In this document: positions 13,018-25,140 of the stretch, one piece after another
How positions within the stretch are numbered: the stretch's first letter is position 1
Layout: each line of letters starts with the position of its first letter
Assembly (NCBI GenBank): GCA_002269645.1
Contig: NIVC01000731.1
Span: 124,001 to 188,000, forward strand
DNA length: 64,000 nt
Source of the DNA: Macrostomum lignano
Lineage: Eukaryota
Direction: 5' to 3'
Position numbers and translations under genes: made by a program
The notes under the pieces: generated by a model
Databases searched by the model: none
The model's input: only the letters and a program-made list of their open reading frames with translations
What the model was told of the DNA's origin: nothing

Positions 13018-13628
13018 GTAGACTGTCACAGGTAGAAGTAGACTGTCACAGGTGGAAGTAGACTGTCACAGGTAGAAGTAGACTGTCACAGATGGAAGTA
13101 GACTGTCACAGGTAGAAGTAGACTGTCACAGGTGGAAGTAGACTGTCACAGGTAGAAGTAGACTGTCACAGGTAGAAGTAGACTGTCACAGGTGGAAGTA
13201 GACTGTCACAGGTAGAAGTAGACTGTCACAGATGAAAGTAGACTGTCACAGGTAGAAGTAGACTGTCACAGGTGGAAGTAGACTGTCACAGGTGGAAGTA
13301 GACTGTCACAGGTAGAAGTAGACTGTCACAGATGAAAGTAGACTGTCACAGGTAGAAGTAGACTGTCACAGGTGGAAGTAGACTGTCACAGGTGGAAGTA
13401 GACTGTCACAGGTAGAAGTAGACTGTCACAGGTAGAAGTAGACTGTCACAGGTGGAAGTAGACTGTCACAGGTGGAAGTAGACTGTCACAGGTAGAAGTA
13501 GACTGTCACAGGTAGAAGTAGACTGTCACAGGTAGAACTAGACTATCACAGGTGGAAGTAGACTGTCGCAGGTAGAAGTAGACTGTCACAGATGGAAGTA
13601 GACTGTCACAGGTAGAAGTAGACTGTCA
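13018..13628. repeat. 20-bp minisatellite GTAGACTGTCACAGGTRGAA, filling nAChR intron 2
   Basis: Direct reading; about 30 copies. Confidence 0.97.
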
Positions 13629-13669
13629 AAGAGAATTAGACACTCACGCCCCTAATCGTACCTTCACAG

Positions 13670-13779
13670 CAATGGAGCGACGAGTTTCTCACCTGGGATC
13701 CGGCCGAATTCTCCAATCAGAAGAAAATTCGGCTGCCCTCGGGCAAAATCTGGAAACCCGATTTGGTGCTGTACAATAA
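13670..13779 (+). CDS. nAChR alpha subunit exon 3
   Basis: ttcacag| acceptor; [37 protein letters not shown] (W.PD..LYN motif, loop A); donor AA|GTGAGT. Confidence 0.95.
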
Positions 13780-14865
13780 GTGAGTCTTTGTTGCTGTAGG
13801 ATATAAGTGAGTCTTTGTTGTTGTAGGATATAAGTGAGTCTTTGTTGCTGTAGGACATAAGTGAGTCTTTGTTGTTGTAGGATATAAGTGAGTCTTTGTT
13901 GCTGTAGGATATAAGTGAGTCGTTGTTGCTGTAGGACATAGTGAGTCTTTGTTGTTGTAGGATATAAGTGAGTCTTTGTTGCTGTAGGATATAAGTGAGT
14001 CGTTGTTGCTGTAGGACATAGTGAGTCTTTGTTGTTGTAGGATATAAGTGAGTCTTTGTTGCTGTAGGATATAAGTGAGTCTGTTGCTGTAGGATATAAG
14101 TGAGTCTGTTGCTGTAGGATATAAGTGAGTCTGTTGCTGTAGGATATAAGTGAGTCGTTGTTGCTGTAGGACATAAGTGAGTCTTTGTTGTTGTAGGATA
14201 TAAGTGAGTCTTTGTTGCTGTAGGACATAAGTGAGTCTTTGTTGTTGTAGGATATAAGTGAGTCTGTTGCTGTAGGATATAAGTGAGTCGTTGTTGCTGT
14301 AGGACATAGTGAGTCTTTGTTGTTGTAGGATATAAGTGAGTCTTTGTTGCTGTAGGATATAAGTGAGTCTTTGTTGTTGTAGGATATAAGTGAGTCTTTG
14401 TTGCTGTAGGATATAAGTGAGTCGTTGTTGCTGTAGGACATAGTGAGTCTTTGTTGCTGTAGGACATAAGTGAGTCTTTGTTGTTGTAGGATATAAGTGA
14501 GTCTTTGATGCTGTAGGACATAGTGAGTCTTTGTTGCTGTAGGACATAAGTGAGTCTTTGTTGCTGTAGGATATAAGTGAGTCTGTTGCTGTAGGATATA
14601 AATGAGTCTGTTGCTGTAGGATATAAGTGAGTCTGTTGCTGTAGGATATAAATGAGTCTGTTGCTGTAGGATATAAATGAGTCTGTTGCTGTAGGATATA
14701 AGTGAGTCTGTTGCTGTAGGATATAAGTGAGTCTTTGTTGCTGTAGGATAAAAGTGAGTCTTTGTTGCTGTAGGATATAAGTGAGTCTTTGTTGCTGTAG
14801 GATATAAGTGAGTCTTTGTTGCTGTAGGATATAAGTGAGTCTTTGCTGCCGTAGGATATAAGTGA
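13780..14865. repeat. 24-27-bp minisatellite GTGAGTCTTTGTTGCTGTAGGATATAA, filling nAChR intron 3
   Basis: Direct reading; begins at the first intron base. Confidence 0.97.
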
Positions 14866-14907
14866 ATCTTCGTTGCTTGAGTCATGCCGCTCTGCTCCCC
14901 TGCCCAG

Positions 14908-15088
14908 CGCTGCCGACTTCACCGACAACCTGATGCCCGCCCTGGCGATGATTGACTCGAACGGCACCGTCTTCTGGCCGATCCCCACTAAGCTGCGCTC
15001 CTCCTGCAAGGTGGACGTCACCTACTTCCCCTTTGACGAGCAGATGTGCGACCTCAAGTTCGGCTCCTGGACTTATGACGGATTTCAG
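14908..15088 (+). CDS. nAChR alpha subunit exon 4 (Cys-loop)
   Basis: tgcccag| acceptor; [30 protein letters not shown] (C-x13-C Cys loop, loop B Trp); donor CAG|GTGGG. Confidence 0.97.
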
Positions 15089-15094
15089 GTGGGT

Positions 15095-15386
15095 TGACTG
15101 ACTGACTGACTGACTGACTGACTGACTGACTGACTGACTGACTGACTGACTGACTGACTGACTGACTGACTGACTGACTGACTGACTGACTGACTGACTG
15201 ACTGACTGACTGACTGACTGACTGACTGACTGACTGACTGACTGACTGACTGACTGACTGACTGACTGACTGACTGACTGACTGACTGACTGACTGACTG
15301 ACTGACTGACTGACTGACTGACTGACTGACTGACTGACTGACTGACTGACTGACTGACTGACTGACTGACTGACTGACTGACTGAT
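15095..15386. repeat. (GACT)n perfect microsatellite, nAChR intron 4
   Basis: Direct reading. Confidence 0.98.
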
Positions 15387-15441
15387 TGATAGATTTTTTT
15401 GTTTGAAACTCTCAACAATTTATTCAACAATATTTCTTCAG

Positions 15442-15522
15442 GTGAATTTGCACCTTTTAAAGGGCGACGTGGACACGACAGCCTACGTTCCGAATGGCGA
15501 GTGGGAGCTGCTCGGAACTAAG
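15442..15522 (+). CDS. nAChR alpha subunit exon 5
   Basis: ttcttcag| acceptor; VNLHLLKGDVDTTAYVPNGEWELLGTK (Y..NGEW motif); donor AAG|GTTAGT. Confidence 0.93.
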
Positions 15523-15834
<312 letters not shown>

Positions 15835-15852
15835 ATCTCCTCATGCCCGCAG

Positions 15853-15929
15853 GCCATCCGCAATGTGATCCGCTACCCCTGCTGCCAGGAGCCGTACCCG
15901 GACATCACGTTCTACATATTCTTGCGCAG
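15853..15929 (+). CDS. nAChR alpha subunit exon 6 (loop C)
   Basis: cccgcag| acceptor; [26 protein letters not shown]. The YxCC vicinal cysteines define an alpha subunit. Donor AG|GTAC. Confidence 0.95.
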
Positions 15930-16164
15930 GTACGGAGATCTCGGCCGAAAAATTTAAAAATTTTGCAACATCACATTTAGAAAATCAGTTGAGACGTTTT
16001 ATCCTTTTAAAAATTCACTTTAAGATTGCCTGTCCGAGCTATGACTATTTTGACAACCACTCTGAGTCATGCTTTCCTAGAAACCATCGTATGAGATTTC
16101 ACTGTTCATCTACGACTCTGCGGCAGACGCTTGGACGGATGCTTAAGGCGGATTCTATGACACC

Positions 16165-16690
16165 CTCTAGCCACTAATACCCTAGCCACTAATACCCATA
16201 GACACTAATACCCATAGACACTAATACCCATAGACACTAATACCCATAGACACTAATACCCATAGACACTAATACCCATAGACACTAATACCCATAGACA
16301 CTAATACCCATAGACACTAATACCCATAGACACTAATACCCATAGACACTAATACCCATAGACACTAATACCCATAGACACTAATACCCATAGACACTAA
16401 TACCCATAGACACTAATACCCATAGACACTAATACCCATAGACACTAATACCCATAGACACTAATACCCATAGACACTAATACCCATAGACACTAATACC
16501 CATAGACACTAATACTTATAGACACTAATACCCATAGACACTAATACTTATAGACACTAATACCCATAGACACTAATACCCATAGACACTAATACCTATA
16601 GACACTAATACCCATAGACACTAATACCCATAGACACTAATACTTATAGACACTAATACCCATAGACACTAATAGACCTAGAGACTAAGA
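16165..16690. repeat. 16-bp minisatellite GACACTAATACCCATA, nAChR intron 6
   Basis: Direct reading. Confidence 0.96.
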
Positions 16691-17262
16691 CAGACGCTAA
16701 AGCCAATGCTTTACCGGGTTACAGTTACAGCTTCTCACTGGGGCCAGTGGGCCACCCTATGAGCTATCACCACAGCAGGGCAAGTCAGTGACTGCAGCCG
16801 CCTGCACTGCCGTATTTTTCTCTGCACATCTGGATTGCTCAGAAAGCGAAAGAGTCGCCGAGTCGGGAGAGTCCGAGAGACGGACAGCCAGCCTGAGCTC
16901 CGAGTTTTCCGCATCGATTGGGGGGCAGCCAAGAGTGAAGAGCGGCCTCGCCGGTCCCCCCCCCAGGCAGAAATTTACTCCAGCAGCAGGTGCTCAACTC
17001 GGATTTCTAGGGAACTGAAAGCAACCAAAGGCTAATTAAATTTATTTACATGGTTAGAAAGTACATTTTCTCTAGAATCTGGGTGTGTCAAATAATGTCA
17101 GAAGCGGTCTGTGTTCCGCCTCTGTAAGTTCTCCCACTCAAAATCAATACTAATTAAAACGGCCCTTTTAAGTCCAAAATCGAAATCTTTAGATTTGCTG
17201 ATTTAAAATTTAAGCTAATTACACTTCAAGGTCAAATCCAACTACAGTTTATTTTCAGAAAA

Positions 17263-19441
17263 GAATGGGATATTTAGTTCGGAATGGGATATTTAGTTCG
17301 GAATGGGGTATTTAGTTCGGAATTGGATGTTTAGTTCGGAATGGGATATTTAGTTCGGAATGGGATATTTAGTTCGGAATGGGATATTTAGTTCGGAATG
17401 GGATATTTAGTTCGGAATGGGATATTTAGTTCGGAATGGGATATTTAGTTCGGAATTGGATGTTTAGTTCGGAATTGGATGTTTAGTTCGGAATGGGATA
17501 TTTAGTTCGGAATGGGATATTTAGTTCGGAATGGGATATGTAGTTCGGAATGGGATATGTAGTTCGGAATGGGATATTTAGTTCGGAATGGGATATTTAG
17601 TTCGGAATTGGATGTTTAGTTCGGAATTGGATGTTTAGTTCGGAATGGGATAGTTAGTTCGGAATTGGATGTTTAGTTCGGAATGGGATATTTAGTTCGG
17701 AATGGGATATTTAGTTCGGAATGGGATATTTAGTTCGGAATGGGATATTTAGTTCGGAATGGGATATTTAGTTCGGAATGGGATATTTAGTTCGGAATGG
17801 GATATTTAGTTCGGAATGGGATAGTTAGTTCGGAATGGGATATTTAGTTCGGAATGGGATATTTAGTTCGGAATGGGATATTTAGTTCGGAATGGGATAT
17901 TTAGTTCGGAATGGGATATTTAGTTCGGAATGGGATATGTAGTTCGGAATGGGATATTTAGTTCGGAATGGGATATTTAGTTCGGAATGGGATAGTTAGT
18001 TCGGAATGGGATATTTAGTTCGGAATGGGATATTTAGTTCGGAATGGGATATTTAGTTCGGAATGGGATGTTTAGTTCGGAATGGGATATGTAGTTCGGA
18101 ATGGGATATTTAGTTCGGAATGGGATAGTTAGTTCGGAATGGGATATTTAGTTCGGAATGGGATATTTAGTTCGGAATGGGATATTTAGTTCGGAATGGG
18201 ATGTTTAGTTCGGAATGGGATATGTAGTTCGGAATGGGATATTTAGTTCGGAATGGGATATTTAGTTCGGAATGGGATATTTAGTTCGGAATGGGATATT
18301 TAGTTCGGAATGGGATATTTAGTTCGGAATGGGATGTTTAGTTCGGAATGGGATAGTTAGTTCGGAATGGGATATTTAGTTCGGAATGGGATATTTAGTT
18401 CGGAATGGGATGTTTAGTTCGGAATGGGATAGTTAGTTCGGAATGGGATATTTAGTTCGGAATGGGATATTTAGTTCGGAATGGGATAGTTAGTTCGGAA
18501 TGGGATATTTAGTTCGGAATGGGATAGTTAGTTCGGAATGGGATATTTAGTTCGGAATGGGATATTTAGTTCGGAATGGGATGTTTAGTTCGGAATGGGA
18601 TATGTAGTTCGGAATGGGATATTTAGTTCGGAATGGGATAGTTAGTTCGGAATGGGATATTTAGTTCGGAATGGGATATTTAGTTCGGAATGGGATATTT
18701 AGTTCGGAATGGGATGTTTAGTTCGGAATGGGATATGTAGTTCGGAATGGGATATTTAGTTCGGAATGGGATATTTAGTTCGGAATGGGATAGTTAGTTC
18801 GGAATGGGATATTTAGTTCGGAATGGGATATTTAGTTCGGAATGGGATATTTAGTTCGGAATGGGATATTTAGTTCGGAATGGGATGTTTAGTTCGGAAT
18901 GGGATAGTTAGTTCGGAATGGGATATTTAGTTCGGAATGGGATATTTAGTTCGGAATGGGATGTTTAGTTCGGAATGGGATAGTTAGTTCGGAATGGGAT
19001 ATTTAGTTCGGAATGGGATATTTAGTTCGGAATGGGATAGTTAGTTCGGAATGGGATATTTAGTTCGGAATGGGATAGTTAGTTCGGAATGGGATATTTA
19101 GTTCGGAATGGGATATTTAGTTCGGAATGGGATAGTTAGTTCGGAATGGGATATGTAGTTCGGAATGGGATATTTAGTTCGGAATGGGATAGTTAGTTCG
19201 GAATGGGATATTTAGTTCGGAATGGGATAGTTAGTTCGGAATGGGATATTTAGTTCGGAATGGGATATTTAGTTCGGAATGGGATAGTTAGTTCGGAATG
19301 GGATATGTAGTTCGGAATGGGATATTTAGTTCGGAATGGGATAGTTAGTTCGGAATGGGATATTTAGTTCGGAATGGGATAGTTAGTTCGGAATGGGATA
19401 TTTAGTTCGGAATGGGATATTTAGTTCGGAATGGGATATTT
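17263..19441. repeat. 19-bp minisatellite GGAATGGGATATTTAGTTC, over 110 copies, nAChR intron 6
   Basis: Direct reading. Confidence 0.98.
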
Positions 19442-19476
19442 ACGTCTGGCTATTCCCCAAACTCCACACTCCGCAG

Positions 19477-19673
19477 GCGCCTGCTGTACTACATGTATCA
19501 CGTGATCTACCCGTGCATCATGATGTCCACCCTGACCCTGCTGGTGTTCTGCCTGCCCCCGGACTCGGGCGAGAAGATCGCTCTGGGCATCACTGTGCTG
19601 CTGGCCTTCTCTGTGCTGATGCTCAGCATTGCGGACCGGCTGCCCGAGACGTCGGAGTCCGTGCCGCTCATCA
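19477..19673 (+). CDS. nAChR alpha subunit exon 7 (M1-M2)
   Basis: ccgcag| acceptor; LLYYMYHVIYPC...LPPDSGEKIALGITVLLAFSVLMLSIADRLPETSESVPLI. The GEK ring indicates a cation-selective channel. Donor A|GTGAG. Confidence 0.97.
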
Positions 19674-19721
19674 GTGAGCGATGGATTGGAGACCCAATAG
19701 GAAATATGAAATTACGATTGG

Positions 19722-20030
19722 ACTGTGCTGGGAATGTTTGGAATGTACTTGATGATTTAGGAATGTGCTGGGAATGTTTGGAATGTACTTGATGATTTAG
19801 GAATGTGCTGGGTGGGTTAGGAATGTACTTGATGATTGAAGAATGTGCTGGGTGGGTTTGGAATGTACTTGATGATTTAGGAATGTGCTGGATGGGTTAG
19901 GAATGTACTTGATGATTGAGGAATGTGCTGGATGGGTTAGGAATGTACTTGATGATTGAGGAATGTGCTGGATGGGTTAGGAATGTACTTGATGATTGAG
20001 GAATGTGCTGGATGGACTGAGAATGTACTT
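19722..20030. repeat. About 40-bp minisatellite GGAATGTACTTGATGATTKAGGAATGTGCTGGRTGGGTTA, nAChR intron 7
   Basis: Direct reading. Confidence 0.9.
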
Positions 20031-20739
20031 TTTGATGTGATTTTTTAATGATCTGTACATTTGCACTGTGCCAGGATAACTATTATGAGTAGTGAATGAT
20101 AGGCTTACTGAGATGTCTCAAGCACTGTACTCTGAGTTCGACATTTCTTGCACTTTCCCTCTGAACTGCAGTCCTCATGCAATTTCAGCAATGCAAAAAA
20201 TAATTATTAATTTTGGGTAGAATGGAGATTTCTAACCTTTCGCAGCCTCCTTGCCTCCCCATCTCCAGCCCCAGACTCCCGGCTCCATCACCCGGGGGCT
20301 CAATCGGGTTGGGTAGAAATAAGAAATTTTCCTTTCGGGACGATGGTGCGGGCAGAGGGGGGATCGCAGCTCCCAGAATTCCCAATCAATTCCACCGAAT
20401 GGCCGGGATCGAGCGGTTCATTTTGATGTGGTGCGGCCGGTAGCGGGGAAGCTGAGGTGGACAGCCGTGGCGCCAGGCAAGCGCAGGGTTGGGATTTTTG
20501 GAAACGAAGATTGCAGGATTCCATCCGTTGCAATGCCCTTTGTCCCATGATCCTCGATGATGAAATCCCTAGTGTCTACATCCCCTGGTGACACGTGGAC
20601 ATCTCCTGTTAGACCTGAGGACATCCTCTGATAGACCGGAGGACATCCCTGATAGACCGGAAGACATTCCCTGGTGGCACATGGACATTAATTGCTAGAC
20701 ACGTGGACATTCCTTGTTAGATATTCCTTGTTAGATTAG

Positions 20740-21820
20740 CCCCTGTTAGACACGATCAGCTCCTGTTAGACATGATCAGCTCCTGTTAGACACGATCAGC
20801 CCCTGTTAGACACGATCAGCTCCTGTTCGACATTATCAGCTCCTGTTAGACATTATCAGCTCCTGTTAGACATGATCAGCTCCTGTTAGACATGATCAGC
20901 TCCTGTTAGACATGATCAGCTCCTGTTAGACATGATCAGCTCCTGTTAGACACGATCAACTCCTGTTAGACATGATCAGCTCCTGTTAGACACGATCAGC
21001 TCGTGTTAGACACAATCAGCCCCTGTTAGACACGAGCAGCTCCTGTTAGACATGATCAGCTCCTGTTAGACATGATCAGCTCATGTTAGACACGATCAGC
21101 TCCTTTTAGACATGATCAGCTCCTGTTAGACACGATCAGCCCCTGTTAGACACGATCAGCCCCTGTTAGACACGATCAGCCCCTGTTAGACACGATCAGC
21201 CCCTGTTAGACACGATCAGCTCCTATTAGACACGATCAGCTCCTGTTAGACATTATCAGCTCCTGTTAGACATGATCAGCTACTGTTAGACACGATCAGC
21301 TCCTGTTAGACATGATCAGCTCCTGTTAGACATGATCAGCTCCTGTTAGACACGATCAGCTCCTGTTAGACACGATCAGCTCCTGTTAGACACGATCAGC
21401 TCCTGTTAGACACGATCAGCTCCTGTTAGACATGATCAGCTCCTGTTAGACATGATCAGCTCCTGTTAGACATGATCAGCTCCTGTTAGACATGATCAGC
21501 TCCTGTTAGACACGATCAGCCCCTGTTAGACATGATCAGCTCCTGTTAGACACGATCAGCTCCTGTTAGACACGATCAGCCCCTGTTAGACTCGATCAGC
21601 TCCTGTTAGACACGATCAGCTCCTGTTAGACATTATCAACTCCTGTTAGACACGATCAGCTCCTGTTAGACACGATCAGCTCCTGTTAGACATGATCAGC
21701 TCCTGTTAGACACGATCAGCTCCTGTTAGACACGATCAGCTCGTGTTAGACACAATCAGCCCCTGTTAGACACGAGCAGCTCCTGTTAGACACAATCAGC
21801 CCCTGTTAGACACGAGCAGC
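20740..21820. repeat. 20-bp minisatellite CCTGTTAGACAYGATCAGCT, nAChR intron 7, abutting the acceptor
   Basis: Direct reading. Confidence 0.97.
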
Positions 21821-21831
21821 CCCTCCCGCAG

Positions 21832-22631
21832 GCATCTACCTGACGGTGGTCATGTCCATGACCTCAGTGTCGGTCATCATGACGGTCTTCGTGCTCAACC
21901 TGCACCACCGCGGCCCGAGCCGCCGCCCTCTGCCCGACCTCCTCCGGCGACTGCTGCTGCGTCCGGGAGCCGCCAGCAAGAGCGGCTTCAGCGGCATCGG
22001 CGGCATCGCCTCGGCGGCGGCCACGGCTGCCAGCGGCGGAGGCGGCGGCGGTGCCTCGAACTCTCACGGTCTCGCGGATCTCGGCAGCACCTCCGCCTTC
22101 CTGCGCAATCTCAGCCTGAAGCTGACCATGGACAGCCTCGCGCAGAACCTGCAGGCCGGAGCCGAGGCCGAGGAGCAGCAGGCGGCTGGTGGCGGAGCAG
22201 CCGCCGGCGAGAACAGCATCGGCACGGCCTACAAGCCGTCTGCGACCGGCCGCTCCAACCACGTGGCGTTGAACTCCTACCAGCCGCTGCGGCCGACGGC
22301 TCCAGCGGCCTCGGCGGCTCCGTCCACTTCGGCGCCTCGACGGCCAGCAGCTGCGGCAGCCGCCAACGCCGAAGTCGTTGAGGCTCTCCGCAAGATCATC
22401 GACAAGCACGAAGCCGACGACACGGAGGCCCGGCTGATTGCTGAGTGGCGCGCGGTGGCACAGTTCGTCGACAAGCTGCTGTTCTGGGTGTACCTGCTGT
22501 GCACCTTCGCCAGCACGCTCATCATCCTGGTGATCGCGCCCGTGTACCGCATCATCCCCTACACCCACCGGGAGCCGGTGGCCAGGGACGACTTCAGCAA
22601 CGCCACCGGCCCGGCAGCATCAGTTCGCTGA
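21832..22631 (+). CDS. nAChR alpha subunit exon 8 (M3, Ala/Gly-rich loop, M4, stop)
   Basis: cccgcag| acceptor; IYLTVVMSMTSVSVIMTVFVLNLHHRG ... EWRAVAQFVDKLLFW; stop TGA at 22629-22631. Confidence 0.96.
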
Positions 22632-22787
22632 AGAGTTTTTCGTCTTGGAACTTTCTTTTTCAAAATGCAGACTCAGCGAGAGCATTTCCAGTTCGATGCT
22701 CGCTCGTCTGACTGCGCACTTTTTGTCGAAACAGAACAATGCAGACAACATGCCAGAGATTCGAAAGAACTGCTGGATAGCGAAAAA

Positions 22788-24182
22788 GGTACACAAAGGG
22801 ATTTCCCCACTCTGAGACAGGTGCACAAAGGGATTTCCCCACTCTGAGACAGGTGCACAAAGGGATTTCCCCACTCTGAGACAGGTGTACAAAGGGATTT
22901 CTCCACTCTGAGACAGGTGTACAAAGGGATTTCCCCACTCTGAGACAGGTGTAAAAAGGGATTTCCCCACTCTGAGACAAGTGTACAAAGGGATTTCCCC
23001 ACTCTGAGACAGGTGTACAAAGGGATTTCTCCACTCTGAGACAGGTGTACAAAGGGATTTCCCCACTCTGAGACAGGTGTACAAAGGGATTTCTCCACTC
23101 TGAGACAGGTGTACAAAGGGATTTCTCCACTCTGAGACAGGTGTAAAAAGGGATTTCCCCATTCTGAGACAGGTGTACAAAGGGATTTCCCCACTCTGAG
23201 ACAGGTGTACAAAGGGATTTCCCCACTCTGAGACAGGTGTACAAAGGGATTTCCCCACGAAGGGAATTCCACACTCTGAGACAGGTGCACAAAGTGATTT
23301 CCCACTCTGAGACAGGTGTACAAAGGGAATTCCCAACTCTGAGACAGGTGTACAAAGGGATTTCCCCACTCTGAGACAGGTGCACGAAGTGATTTCCCCA
23401 CTCTGAGACAGGTGCACAAAGGGATTTCCCCACTCTGAGACAGGTGCACAAAGTGATTTCCACACTCTGAGACAGGTGCACAAAGGGATTTCCCCACTCT
23501 GAGACAGGTGCACAAAGTGATTTCCACACTCTGAGACAGGTGTACAAAAGGGAATTCCCAACTCTGAGACAGGTGTACAAAGGGATTTCCCACTCTGAGA
23601 CAGGTGTACAAAGGGATTTCCCCACTCTGAGACAGGTGTACAAAGGGATTTCCCCACTCTGAGACAGGTGTACAAAGGGATTTCTCCACTCTGAGACAGG
23701 TGTACAAAGGGATTTTTCCACTCTGAGACAGGTGTACAAAGGGATTTCCCCACTCTGAGACAGGTGTACAAAGGGATTTCCCCACTCTGAGACAGGTGTA
23801 CAAAGGGATTTCTCCACTCTGAGACAGGTGTACAAAGAGATTTCCCCACTCTGAGACAGGTGTACAAAGGGATTTCCCCACTCTGAGACAGGTGTACAAA
23901 GGGATTTCTCCACTCTGAGACAGGTGTACAAAGATTTTTTTCCACTCTGAGACAGGTGTACAAAGGGATTTCCCCACTCTGAGACAGGTGTACAAAGTGA
24001 TTTCCACACTCTGAGACAGGTGCACAAAGGGATTTCCCCACTCTGAGACAGGTGCACAAAGTGATTTCCACACTCTGAGACAGGTGCACAAAGGGATTTC
24101 CTCACTCTGAGACAGGTGCACAAAGTGATTTCCACACTCTGAGACAGGTGTACAAAGGGATTTCCCCACTCTGAGACAGGTA
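22788..24182. repeat. 32-bp minisatellite CAAAGGGATTTCCCCACTCTGAGACAGGTGTA, downstream of the nAChR stop
   Basis: Direct reading. Confidence 0.97.
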
Positions 24183-24852
24183 CACGAAGCAGAGTTTTCA
24201 ACAGCAAGACAAGTTCAAAGGCACTGCAAATGCTCGAAAAAATTCGAAGCAAAAAAGCGGGCTCGAAGTAATCTCTTGAAAATATAATCCACTAAAGCCT
24301 CTCAAAACGGCAAGTTTCACAAAATTCCGAATATTACTGCAATTAATTCCTCATATTTTTTACCGCGTTCCGCTTCTTTCAAGCTTATCTCTCAGAGCCA
24401 GGCAAAGCTTCCCATTGAATTTGACGGTCAGATCTTCAAAATCGATTAAAACTTGAGGCGGACCACTATTGGCCTCTAAGAGGATGAGGATCACCGGATT
24501 ATACTAGTGTTAATTATGAATTACTCATCACTGAGTCACGATGACAATCAAAGGAACTGAGAAGGTCATTATACTAGTAAACTACATGTAACATTAAGGT
24601 ATCATCTTGTACTGAATTTGAAATTCTCACTAATTTTTCTACTGCAAGTAGCATGAAAAAGAAAAAACATTAAAATTTTTCTTCAAAATTGTAAGCAGCA
24701 ATTCGAGGCGCCAGAAAAATGTACAATCAAATCAATTATTTGTTGTTGCTGATGCACTTCTGATTTAATCTTCTTAGAAAATCAATTAAATCTTATCATT
24801 CACTACAAAAAGCATATTTTGGAGCATGGTAACAGTAGAGTCAGTCAGTCAG

Positions 24853-25140
24853 TCAGTAAGCCGCCAGCACCGCTCTGGCCGCCTGCTCGCACAGCGGGTC
24901 GAGCTGTCCATCTCCGCCGTAGTCCAGCTCGAGCATCGGGCAGGCAAAGACGCGTTCCCCGTTCACCCACAGCTCGACGATGTCGCGCAGGCCGGACGGC
25001 TCCAGCCGCTCCAGGCAGACGGTGTGCCCGGCGGAGGTCAGGGAGGCCTGCAGGCCGCTCAGGCGGCTCTCGCGGTAGTCGGCGATGCCGCAGGCGACGT
25101 ACTGGGAGTAGAGAATCTTCACTGTTGCGTTTGCCGGCAT
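24853..25140 (-). CDS. C10orf53: UPF0728 protein C10orf53 homolog, intronless, 95 aa
   Basis: MPANATVKILYSQYVACGIADYRESRLSGLQASL...VELWVNGERVF...LDYGGDGQLDPLCEQAARAVLAAY matches, from memory, the family pattern MP.NA...Y..CG...RL.GLQA.L...GGDG.LDPLC..A..AV..AY. Confidence 0.9.
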   Translation of the reverse strand: MPANATVKILYSQYVACGIADYRESRLSGLQASLTSAGHTVCLERLEPSGLRDIVELWVNGERVFACPMLELDYGGDGQLDPLCEQAARAVLAAY

